From contig CAVZYA010000002.1 in NCBI GenBank assembly GCA_963779415.1, positions 1,504,001 to 1,568,000 on the forward strand: DNA of 64,000 nt. The letters run 5' to 3'. Source of the DNA: an uncultured Acidobacteriota bacterium. Lineage in GTDB: Bacteria; Acidobacteriota; Thermoanaerobaculia; UBA5066. Below are positions 48,937 through 56,867 of the stretch, piece after piece. Under the pieces are notes generated by a model, which worked only from the letters and a program-made list of their open reading frames with translations, made no database searches and had not been told where the DNA came from. A program made the translations under genes and the position numbers. The number at the start of each line of letters is the position of its first letter. Positions within the stretch are counted from its first letter, which is position 1.

Positions 48937-50708
48937 GCTCGCGTCCTCCTCGCGGTGTCCTCGGGGTAGGGTGCGGGGAGCTCCGGGACGGGGGGACCGA
49001 TGTGGTACCCCTGCGCCCGGTCGACGCCGAGAACGGCGAGGATCTCGAGAATGTCCTGCGACTCGACCCCTTCGGCCACCGTCTTGACGCCGAGCCCGCG
49101 GCAGATCTCCGTGATGCCCCGGACGAAGACGCGGTTCTCCGGCTTGTGCTCGAGGTTCCGGATGTAGCTCATGTCGAGCTTGAGCGTCGAGACCGGAAGC
49201 TCGCGGAGGTAACGGAACGAGGAGAAGCCGACCCCGAAGTCGTCGAGGGCGAAGCGGAAGCCCTCGGACGTCAGGGCCCGGGTGAAATGCTGGACGCGGG
49301 CGAGGTCGCGCAGGACGGCCGTCTCGGTGATCTCGAACGTCACCCGCTCGGGCCGGATCCCCTTGGCCCTCGCGAGACGGGAGATGTCCGCCACGAGCGA
49401 GTCGTCCTCGAAGTCGAGGCCCGAGAGGTTGAGCGCCATCTCGAGGTTCGCGATCGTCTTGTTCCGCGCGGAGACGAGCTTCTCGAAGGCGGCCGCGATG
49501 ACGAGCCGGTCCATCTGGGTGACGAAGCCGAACCGCTCGGCGGCGTCGAGGAAGGAAGCGGGGGCCGTCAGGAGGCCGTTCGGCTCCTTCAGGCGCGCGA
49601 GCGTCTCGACCGCGACGATCCGCCCGGTCATGACCTCGGCGATCGGCTGGAAGACCGGGACGAACCGGTGCTCGGAGAGGGCGGCCCGGATCCGGTTCGC
49701 CTGCTCGCGGAGGCCGGAGATCCGGTGGCGCTCCATGTCGTCCGGGTCGTGCATCAGCGCGCGCGAGCCGCCCCGCCTCTTCGCCTGGTGCATGGCGAGA
49801 TCCGCCGCGCGGACGAGGTCGGCGGCTCCTCCGGCATGGTCCGGATAGAGCGCCACGCCCGCGCTCGCGGAGAGCGAAAGGGAGCTTCCCTCCCAGACGG
49901 GTGCCATCCCCGTGATGAGCGCCAGAATCTGGTCGGCGCGCTCCACAGCCTCCCCGGTTCCGGTGTCCGGGATGAGGATCGCCACCTCGTCCCCGCCGAC
50001 GCGCGCGAGAAGCTCGGGGTTCGGGAGGGCGTTGCGGAGATTCTCGCCGAGGCTCCGGAGGTATTCGTCTCCCGCCGCGAGCCCGTGCGTGTCGTTGAGC
50101 GACTTGAAGCGGTCGAGTCCGACATAGACGAGGGCGAGCGGGTGGCCCGTCCGGTCGGCCGCCGCGATCTCCCGGTCGAGGATGAACCGGAAGTTCTCGC
50201 GATTCAGGAATCCGGTCAGGCCGTCCCGGCTCATGTGCTCGGCCAGCTCGTTGTAGAGGGACTTGAGCCGCTCGAACTCGGCCATCTTCTCGGTCACGTC
50301 CCGGGCGACGGCGACGAAGAAACCGGCCCCGGCCTCCGGGCACTCCCGGGTCGAGATCCAGAAGAACCGGTCCGGATTCCCGTCCCCTCCCGGCACCGTG
50401 ACGTCCAGGTTTCGAACTCCGCCGGGACGGGAGGCGCCGTCGAGGAGGCGTGCGAGGCCTTCCGGATCGTTCCAGAAGGGAAGGCACCGCTCGTGCGTGA
50501 CGCTCTCCTCGGCGGGTTCCGGCGTGCCGGCCTCGCTTGCGGCGTCGTTGATCGAGACGATGCGCCCGCCATCGCTGAAGAGGGCGGCGGGATCCGGGCT
50601 CGTGAAGAGGATGGCCGCCAGGGCCCGGCGGGAGAACGTGCCGGACTGCGGCCGGCGCGAGTCACGCGCGGCCTGGAAGGTGCCGGAGGTGCTGCGGCGG
50701 GTCGTCAC
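48933..50708 (-). CDS. PAS-GGDEF-EAL protein (degenerate cyclase, probable c-di-GMP phosphodiesterase)
   Basis: DGLTG, GLDRFK, GGDEV; ETL, EITET, DDFGVG, KLD, EGVE, QGY. Confidence 0.9.
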   Translation of the reverse strand: MTTRRSTSGTFQAARDSRRPQSGTFSRRALAAILFTSPDPAALFSDGGRIVSINDAASEAGTPEPAEESVTHERCLPFWNDPEGLARLLDGASRPGGVRNLDVTVPGGDGNPDRFFWISTRECPEAGAGFFVAVARDVTEKMAEFERLKSLYNELAEHMSRDGLTGFLNRENFRFILDREIAAADRTGHPLALVYVGLDRFKSLNDTHGLAAGDEYLRSLGENLRNALPNPELLARVGGDEVAILIPDTGTGEAVERADQILALITGMAPVWEGSSLSLSASAGVALYPDHAGGAADLVRAADLAMHQAKRRGGSRALMHDPDDMERHRISGLREQANRIRAALSEHRFVPVFQPIAEVMTGRIVAVETLARLKEPNGLLTAPASFLDAAERFGFVTQMDRLVIAAAFEKLVSARNKTIANLEMALNLSGLDFEDDSLVADISRLARAKGIRPERVTFEITETAVLRDLARVQHFTRALTSEGFRFALDDFGVGFSSFRYLRELPVSTLKLDMSYIRNLEHKPENRVFVRGITEICRGLGVKTVAEGVESQDILEILAVLGVDRAQGYHIGPPVPELPAPYPEDTARRTRA

Positions 50709-50717
50709 GTCCTCACG

Positions 50718-51272
50718 TCAGAGCGGGTCGAAGCCTGCATTATCGCCGCGAATTCGCTTCGGCGCCACGTCGGGTCGTTTCTTTCCCTCCGTCCCGAGGA
50801 CCCGGAGCGCCTCCCCGTGGAGCCGGTAGGTCCGCCACTCATCCATGGGGACCGCGCCGAGGCCCCGGTAGAAGCCGATCGCGGGCTCGTTCCAGGTCAG
50901 AACGGACCATTCCATCCTCCCGCAGCCGCGCTCGACCGCGATTTCGGCGAGGCGGACGAGGAGGGCCTTCCCGATCCCGAGGCCTCTCGCCTCCGGCCGG
51001 ACGAAGAGATCCTCGAGATAGATCCCGGGGCGCGTGAGCCAGGTGGAGTAGTTGTGAAAGAAAAGTGCGAAACCGCAGACAGCGCCGTCCCGCTCGGCCA
51101 CGATCGCTTCCACGAAGGGCCTCGGGCCGAAAAGGTGCTCGCGGAGGAGCGATGTCTCCGCATGGCATTCGGCGGGAGCCCGCTCGTATTCCGCGAGGTC
51201 GTGGATCAGCCCTGCAATTGCCGGAACGTCCTCCGGCCTGGCGCCCCGGAGGAGAAACGATTCCGAGAGCAC
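50718..51272 (-). CDS. GNAT N-acetyltransferase (diamine acetyltransferase-like)
   Basis: LAEYE, YSTW, IYLEDLFV, RGLGIG, WSVLTWNEPAIGFY. Confidence 0.9.
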   Translation of the reverse strand: MLSESFLLRGARPEDVPAIAGLIHDLAEYERAPAECHAETSLLREHLFGPRPFVEAIVAERDGAVCGFALFFHNYSTWLTRPGIYLEDLFVRPEARGLGIGKALLVRLAEIAVERGCGRMEWSVLTWNEPAIGFYRGLGAVPMDEWRTYRLHGEALRVLGTEGKKRPDVAPKRIRGDNAGFDPL

Positions 51273-51309
51273 GGCGGCATCTTACGGCGGCAGTGTTAAA
51301 AAGAGGGGC

Positions 51310-51894
51310 ATGCGCCCGCCGTACCGGCTCGATGGACTCCTGACGCGCCCCCTCATCGAGGTGCGCCTTGCCGCCGTCCGGCCGTTCGTCCCGGCGGGCG
51401 CGCGCCTTCTCGACGTCGGCTGCGGTCTGACTCCCCTTCCCGGACGAACCGGTCCTTACCTCGGCTGTGACCGGAGCCCCGAGATCCTCGAGGAGAACCG
51501 CCGCCGCCATCCGGGGGCGCGATTCGTCGAATGGGACGTCGAAGCGGGAGAGGCTCCGGCCGAGATCCGCGTTTCGGGGCCTTGGGACGTTATCCTCTGC
51601 CTCGCGCTTCTCGAGCACCTCTCGGAGCCGGCCGGCCTCTTCGTCCGGACGGCGCCGCTTCTCTCGGATGCCGGCCGTCTCGTCGTCACGACGCCGTCCC
51701 CCTCCGGCCGGGTGCCGCTCACGGTCGGCGCCTCTCTCGGCCTTCTCTCCCGCCACGCGGCCGACGAGCACGAAACGCTTCTCTCGCGCGCCGATCTCGA
51801 GGCGGGGGGGGCGGCTGCCGGACTCCGACTCGTCCACTATCGTCGCTTCCTCCTCGGCCTCGACCAGGTCGCGGTCTTCGCGCGAGCCGGATGA
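51310..51894 (+). CDS. Class I SAM-dependent methyltransferase
   Basis: LLDVGCG, WDVILCLALLEHL, GRLVVTTP. Confidence 0.85.
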   Translation: MRPPYRLDGLLTRPLIEVRLAAVRPFVPAGARLLDVGCGLTPLPGRTGPYLGCDRSPEILEENRRRHPGARFVEWDVEAGEAPAEIRVSGPWDVILCLALLEHLSEPAGLFVRTAPLLSDAGRLVVTTPSPSGRVPLTVGASLGLLSRHAADEHETLLSRADLEAGGAAAGLRLVHYRRFLLGLDQVAVFARAG

Positions 51895-54881
51895 ACGGCC
51901 CCGGAAAGTCGATCCGGATCGTCGGCGCCCGGACCCACAACCTGCACGGCGTCTCGTGCGACGTGCCGATCGGGAAGCTGACCGTCGTGACCGGGCCGTC
52001 CGGCTCCGGAAAGTCGTCGCTCGCGTTCGACACGCTCTACGCGGAAGGGCAGCGGCGGTTCGTCGAGTCGATGTCCACATACGCGCGCCAGTACCTCGAG
52101 CGGCTCGAGCGTCCGGACGTCGACGCCATCGACCACGTTCTTCCGGCCGTCGCGGTGGAGCAGAAAGCGCCCGCGCGCTCGGCACGCTCGACGGTCGGGA
52201 CCGCGACGGAGATCCACGACGTCCTCCGCCTCCTCTACGCTTCGATTGGTACGCTCACGTGCCCGGACGACGGCAGGCCTGTCCGGCGCCACACGCCCGA
52301 GAGCGTCCGGAAGGCGCTCCTGTCTGCCTTCGGAGAAGGGGCCCGGATCCTCGTCATCGCGCCGCGAAAGCCGGAGCGTTTCGACGAGGAAGTCGCCGGC
52401 TGGCGCAGACTCGGTTTCTTCCGCTGTGTCTCCGCGGCGGGAGAGGTCCTGGAGATTTCTTCGAAGGAGACGACGCCGGTCGACGCGCGGGGGCGCGTCC
52501 CGCTCCTCGTGGGACGGCACGTCCTCTCGTCCGGCGACCCGGAGGTTCTCTCTTCAGTTTCGATGGCATTCGACATCGGTGACGGCGAGCTTCTCGGTCT
52601 CAGGCACGCGGAAGAGCTTTCCTCCGCCCGCCGCTTCTTTCGCGGACTCGTCTGTGACGGCTGCGGCCGGGCGGTCGCCGAGCCGGTGCCGGCGCTCTTT
52701 TCGTTCAACTCGCCGCGTGGTGCCTGTCCCTCGTGTCAGGGATTCGGCCGCCTGGCCGGAATCGACCCGAAAAAGGTCCTCCCCGACCCGGAAAGGTCGA
52801 TCGCCGGGAGGCCGTTCGCGCCGTTCAACTCGCCCGCCTACGAAAGCGCGTACGCCGACCTCGCACGCGCCTGCCGCCGGCTGAAGATCCGCCGCGAGGT
52901 GCCGTGGAACCGGCTGCCGGCGCGCGACAGGCGCCTCGTCTGGGACGGAGACGGAGACTGGTACGGGGTCAAGGGGCTCTTCGAGTGGCTGGAGAAGAAG
53001 CGCTACAAGGTCCACGTTCGCGTCTTCCTCTCCCGCTACCGGGGTTACACGACCTGTCCGGCCTGCGGCGGAGCGCGCCTGGTCCCGGAGGCGCTCGCCG
53101 TGACCGTGCGCGGGAAGAACATCGCCTCTCTCTGCGATCTCACGTTCGCCGGGCTCCTCGACTTCCTTCGCGGGGCGGATTGGACGGAGGTCGAGCGGGA
53201 ACGGGCGGGTCCGCTCCTTTCGGACCTCCTCCAGCGCGTCGGGACGCTCGTGGAGCTGGGCCTTCCCTACCTCTCGCTCTCGCGGCCGATGCGGACGCTC
53301 TCCGGCGGCGAGGCACAGCGTCTCCAGCTCGGCGCCGCCATCGGCAACTCCCTCACGGGGACGCTCTACGTTCTCGACGAGCCGACGGTCGGGCTCCATC
53401 CCCGCGACACCGGCCGGCTCCTCGGGGCGATCCGCCGCCTCGCCCTCCGGGGAAACGCCGTCGTCGCCGTCGAGCACGACCTCGCGGTGATTCGTGCTGC
53501 CGACCACGTGATCGACCTCGGCCCGGGGGCGGGAGTCCACGGCGGCCGGGTCGTCTTCGAGGGGACGCCGGCCGCGCTTACGAAGGCCGACACCGCGACG
53601 GGAAGGGCCCTCCGAGAAGAGAGATTCTTTGAGGGGGAAGACCGGCAGGCCGAGAGGGCGGAGCGCGACGAGCTGCAGCTTCGCGTGGCGGAGGGTGTCC
53701 GCGCCTTCGGTGCGAGTCCGCAAGACGAAAGAGAACCTGCTGATATCCGGCGGCTGCTGAAGCAGCCGCCGATAGCAGAGAACGTGCTCTCGGCTGACCG
53801 GAGTCAAGGGCGCGCTTCGCGCGCCGCGAAGCGGTCGCTGACCCTTGACACCGGTCAGCCGAGGGCTACCCCCAGGAAGACCTTTCTCCGCGTTTTCGGC
53901 GCCCGGGCGAATAACCTCAGGAACCTCTTCGTGTCCTTTCCCCTCAACCGGCTCGTCGCGGTCTGCGGGGTTTCGGGGTCGGGGAAGTCGTCGCTCGTCG
54001 TGGACGTCCTCGCGGCCGGGGCACGCCAGCGGCTCGGCCTTTCGCTCCCGCCCGGCGTGGACGAGACGGGGGCGCACGACAGGATCGAGGGACTCGAAGC
54101 CCTGACGGAGGTCGCCCTCGTCGACCAGTCGCCTCTCGGCCGCTCGGCCCGGTCGAATCCCGCGACGTACACGAAGGCGTGGGACGAGGTTCGCGCGCTC
54201 CTCGCCCGGACGCCCGCCGCGAAACGCCTCGGCCTCCCACCCGGCCGGTTCAGCTTCAACGCGAAAGGGGGCCGGTGCGAGCGGTGCGAAGGGGCCGGGA
54301 CGGTCCTCGTCGACATGCAGTTCCTCGCCGACGTCACGGTCGTCTGCGACGTCTGCGAGGGGCGGCGTTTCCGGAGGGAAGTTCTCTCCGTCCGACTGCG
54401 CGGCCGGAACGTCCACGAGCTTCTCGCGACGACGGTGGACGAGGCGCGGTCGCTGTTCGAGGACGTCCCGTCCCTTGCCGGCCGGCTGGCCCCGCTCGCG
54501 GCGGCCGGGCTCGGCTACCTGACGCTCGGCCAGCCGACGGCGACGCTTTCGGGAGGGGAGGCGCAGCGGCTGAAGGTGGCGTCCTTCCTCCGGAGAGGGG
54601 GGGCGCCGGGACGGGTCCTCTTCCTCTTCGACGAGCCGACGACCGGACTTCATGCCGCCGACGTGACCGTCCTTCTTCGCGTCTTCCGGGGACTCCTCGC
54701 CGCGGGACACTCGATCGTCGCCGTCGAGCACAACCCGGGTTTTCTCTCGGCCGCGGACCATCTGATCGAGCTGGGGCCGGACGGCGGCCCGGAGGGAGGC
54801 GCGATCGTCTTCGAGGGTCCGCCCGCGCTCCTCGCGTCGCGCGGCGGAACGGCCACGGCAGCCGCTCTTCGCGGGACGTAG
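51891..54881 (+). CDS. uvrA: Excinuclease ABC subunit UvrA (divergent, with expanded interdomain linker)
   Basis: GARTHNL, GPSGSGKSSLAFDTLYAEGQRR, FSFNSPRGACPSCQG, LSGGEAQR twice, GVSGSGKSS, C-terminal zinc finger. Confidence 0.93.
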   Translation: MNGPGKSIRIVGARTHNLHGVSCDVPIGKLTVVTGPSGSGKSSLAFDTLYAEGQRRFVESMSTYARQYLERLERPDVDAIDHVLPAVAVEQKAPARSARSTVGTATEIHDVLRLLYASIGTLTCPDDGRPVRRHTPESVRKALLSAFGEGARILVIAPRKPERFDEEVAGWRRLGFFRCVSAAGEVLEISSKETTPVDARGRVPLLVGRHVLSSGDPEVLSSVSMAFDIGDGELLGLRHAEELSSARRFFRGLVCDGCGRAVAEPVPALFSFNSPRGACPSCQGFGRLAGIDPKKVLPDPERSIAGRPFAPFNSPAYESAYADLARACRRLKIRREVPWNRLPARDRRLVWDGDGDWYGVKGLFEWLEKKRYKVHVRVFLSRYRGYTTCPACGGARLVPEALAVTVRGKNIASLCDLTFAGLLDFLRGADWTEVERERAGPLLSDLLQRVGTLVELGLPYLSLSRPMRTLSGGEAQRLQLGAAIGNSLTGTLYVLDEPTVGLHPRDTGRLLGAIRRLALRGNAVVAVEHDLAVIRAADHVIDLGPGAGVHGGRVVFEGTPAALTKADTATGRALREERFFEGEDRQAERAERDELQLRVAEGVRAFGASPQDEREPADIRRLLKQPPIAENVLSADRSQGRASRAAKRSLTLDTGQPRATPRKTFLRVFGARANNLRNLFVSFPLNRLVAVCGVSGSGKSSLVVDVLAAGARQRLGLSLPPGVDETGAHDRIEGLEALTEVALVDQSPLGRSARSNPATYTKAWDEVRALLARTPAAKRLGLPPGRFSFNAKGGRCERCEGAGTVLVDMQFLADVTVVCDVCEGRRFRREVLSVRLRGRNVHELLATTVDEARSLFEDVPSLAGRLAPLAAAGLGYLTLGQPTATLSGGEAQRLKVASFLRRGGAPGRVLFLFDEPTTGLHAADVTVLLRVFRGLLAAGHSIVAVEHNPGFLSAADHLIELGPDGGPEGGAIVFEGPPALLASRGGTATAAALRGT
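53737..53866. repeat. Composite palindromic element inside the uvrA coding sequence
   Basis: 11-bp IR 53748-53758/53761-53771; 25-bp IR 53786-53810/53842-53866 (23/25 match) enclosing a 9-bp IR 53813-53821/53825-53833. Confidence 0.85.
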
Positions 54882-54894
54882 AATCGCATCCATC

Positions 54895-55986
54895 GTGGGC
54901 AGCGATACGTGGCGCTATCTCCTGACGGTCGACGGGCGTCCGGTGGAGATCTCCGACGGCGAGGCGACGCTCGGCCGGAGCCGGACGGCGACCATCCGCG
55001 TCGAGCACGATTCGGTCTCGCGGTCTCACGCTCTCGTGACGCTTCAGCACGGCGACGTGACGATCCGCGACCTGAACTCCTCGAACGGAACGTGGATCGC
55101 CGGGCGCCGTATCACGGAGGAGGTTCCGCTTCGGGACGGCAGCCGTGTCCAGCTCGGGGCCGCCGCCGTTGTCCTCAGGATCATTCCGCCCGAAGGCGCC
55201 CTGTCGGAGAAGACGACCCATCTCGAGACGAACGGGGGGCCTCCGCCGGTGGCGATCGGCGCGGACGGAGCGGCCGCAGCCGAACCGCCTCCATCACCTT
55301 CGTCGGCGGAGAGTCTCTTTTCGGAGATCGACCGCGAGGCCCTTCAGTCGGTCTCCACGCCTGTCGTCCACGAGGAGATCCTCCTTCCGGTTCCGGCCCC
55401 GCCGCAGGCGCCCGTACCGCCGCCGTCGGTTGAGGACGTCTCGCTCGCGATCGGGACCCCGGGAGCGGCGCGGAATGCGCCGTCCCGGCCCCGCTCGGCC
55501 GAACGGCGCGTCGAGGCAGGCGGAACGGGAGGTCCGGAGCCGGCGCGGCTCGGCCCACGCGTCGCGGCGACGCTCGTCGACGCCGTCATCCTCGCGGCGA
55601 TGAACGCCGTCCTTCTTTCGCCGGCCTTCCTCATCTCGTACTTCCAGCCCGCGATCCCGTCGGCTCCCCGCGGCAACGACCGGGTTTTTCTCGGCATCCT
55701 CGTCCTCTGCGGGATCCTCGTCGTCGCCGCCGACCTGCTTTACACGGCCGGACTCTGGGCCCTTCGCGGGAGGACGCCCGGAAAGTCGATTCTCGAGCTC
55801 GCGATCGTCCGCGGCGGCAGGCAGCCTGGAGAGGGCATCGGCTGGGGGCCGGCGCTCATCCGCTGTCTCGTGATGGCGGTGGGGGCAATCCCGCTCTTCG
55901 CCGGATGGTGGAGCGCGGCCCTGCGGAAGGACCGGCGATCCTGGCACGACCTTGCCGCCGGGACCCGTGTCGTCCGGATGCGGTGA
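54895..55986 (+). CDS. FHA domain - Pro-rich linker - RDD membrane protein
   Basis: FHA: LGR, SVSRSHA, DLNSSNGT; RDD: RVAATLVD, GRTPGK, SWHDLAAGTRVV. Confidence 0.88.
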   Translation: MGSDTWRYLLTVDGRPVEISDGEATLGRSRTATIRVEHDSVSRSHALVTLQHGDVTIRDLNSSNGTWIAGRRITEEVPLRDGSRVQLGAAAVVLRIIPPEGALSEKTTHLETNGGPPPVAIGADGAAAAEPPPSPSSAESLFSEIDREALQSVSTPVVHEEILLPVPAPPQAPVPPPSVEDVSLAIGTPGAARNAPSRPRSAERRVEAGGTGGPEPARLGPRVAATLVDAVILAAMNAVLLSPAFLISYFQPAIPSAPRGNDRVFLGILVLCGILVVAADLLYTAGLWALRGRTPGKSILELAIVRGGRQPGEGIGWGPALIRCLVMAVGAIPLFAGWWSAALRKDRRSWHDLAAGTRVVRMR

Positions 55987-55996
55987 CCGCCGGGCG

Positions 55997-56833
55997 TCAG
56001 CCGGAGAGCAGGGCGCGGAGAGCCGGAGAAAGCCAGGCCTCCTCGCTTCGCGGAGAGCCGCCGCGCTTGCGGTAGGCCGCGAGGCTCTTCTTCGCCTTCG
56101 CGAGGAGAGAAGGATCCCGGCTCCCTTCGAGAACGTAGCGCGATCCAAAGAGGACCGCGGAAAGAAGCTCGGGCTCCGCGGCGTCGGGAGAGACCGCGCG
56201 GACGCGCTGAAGCTCCGCTTCGGCTTCCCGGAACCGTCCCTGCGCGATGGCTTCGATGAGCGGCGTCAGCGAGACGACGGTGGGAGGGGCGATTCGGCTC
56301 TCGGCGATCCTTCGAGGCTGGGCCGGTGCGTCGGGCCGCCGCGACGCGGCCGCTGGAGTCGGTATCGGCGCCGCGGTGGGACCGGGCGTGGGCGCTCGCC
56401 GGGCCACCTCGCGCTCGTCGAGAATACGGATTCGCGAGAGGAGATCCGCGAACTCCGGGTGCCGCTCGATCACGCCGGCCTCCCGAGAGAGAAGAAAGTT
56501 CCTTCGGGCCGCCTCCTCCTCGCCGATCTCCATCTGGGCGACGCCGAGCCAGTAGTAAGGGTCGTACCACTCCAACTGGTAGCGGCTGGTCCCGAAGCGC
56601 TCGTCGGCCCGGGTGTGCCCCGTCGCGAGGGCGGCATTCATCCGGTCGATCGCCGCCCGGAAGTCCTTCTTCTTCAGCGCTTCGAGGCCGAGCTCGTACT
56701 CCCGGACGGCCGCGTCGCGGGGTAAGATGGTGGACTGCGCGGCTGCGGGAGTGGCCGCAAAGAGGCTCGCGAGAACGGCCCCGGCGAGAACGCGTGGGAT
56801 CGCGTGCCGGGCGGGACACTTCAGACGGTTCAC
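55997..56833 (-). CDS. Secreted TPR-like protein with central Pro-rich linker
   Basis: Signal peptide ending AAA-Q; YELGLEALKKKDFRAAI, YDPYYWLGVAQMEIG helical repeats. Confidence 0.7.
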   Translation of the reverse strand: MNRLKCPARHAIPRVLAGAVLASLFAATPAAAQSTILPRDAAVREYELGLEALKKKDFRAAIDRMNAALATGHTRADERFGTSRYQLEWYDPYYWLGVAQMEIGEEEAARRNFLLSREAGVIERHPEFADLLSRIRILDEREVARRAPTPGPTAAPIPTPAAASRRPDAPAQPRRIAESRIAPPTVVSLTPLIEAIAQGRFREAEAELQRVRAVSPDAAEPELLSAVLFGSRYVLEGSRDPSLLAKAKKSLAAYRKRGGSPRSEEAWLSPALRALLSG

Positions 56834-56867
56834 CGGAGCCGATTCTAGGAGCGGGAAGGCGTCACGG

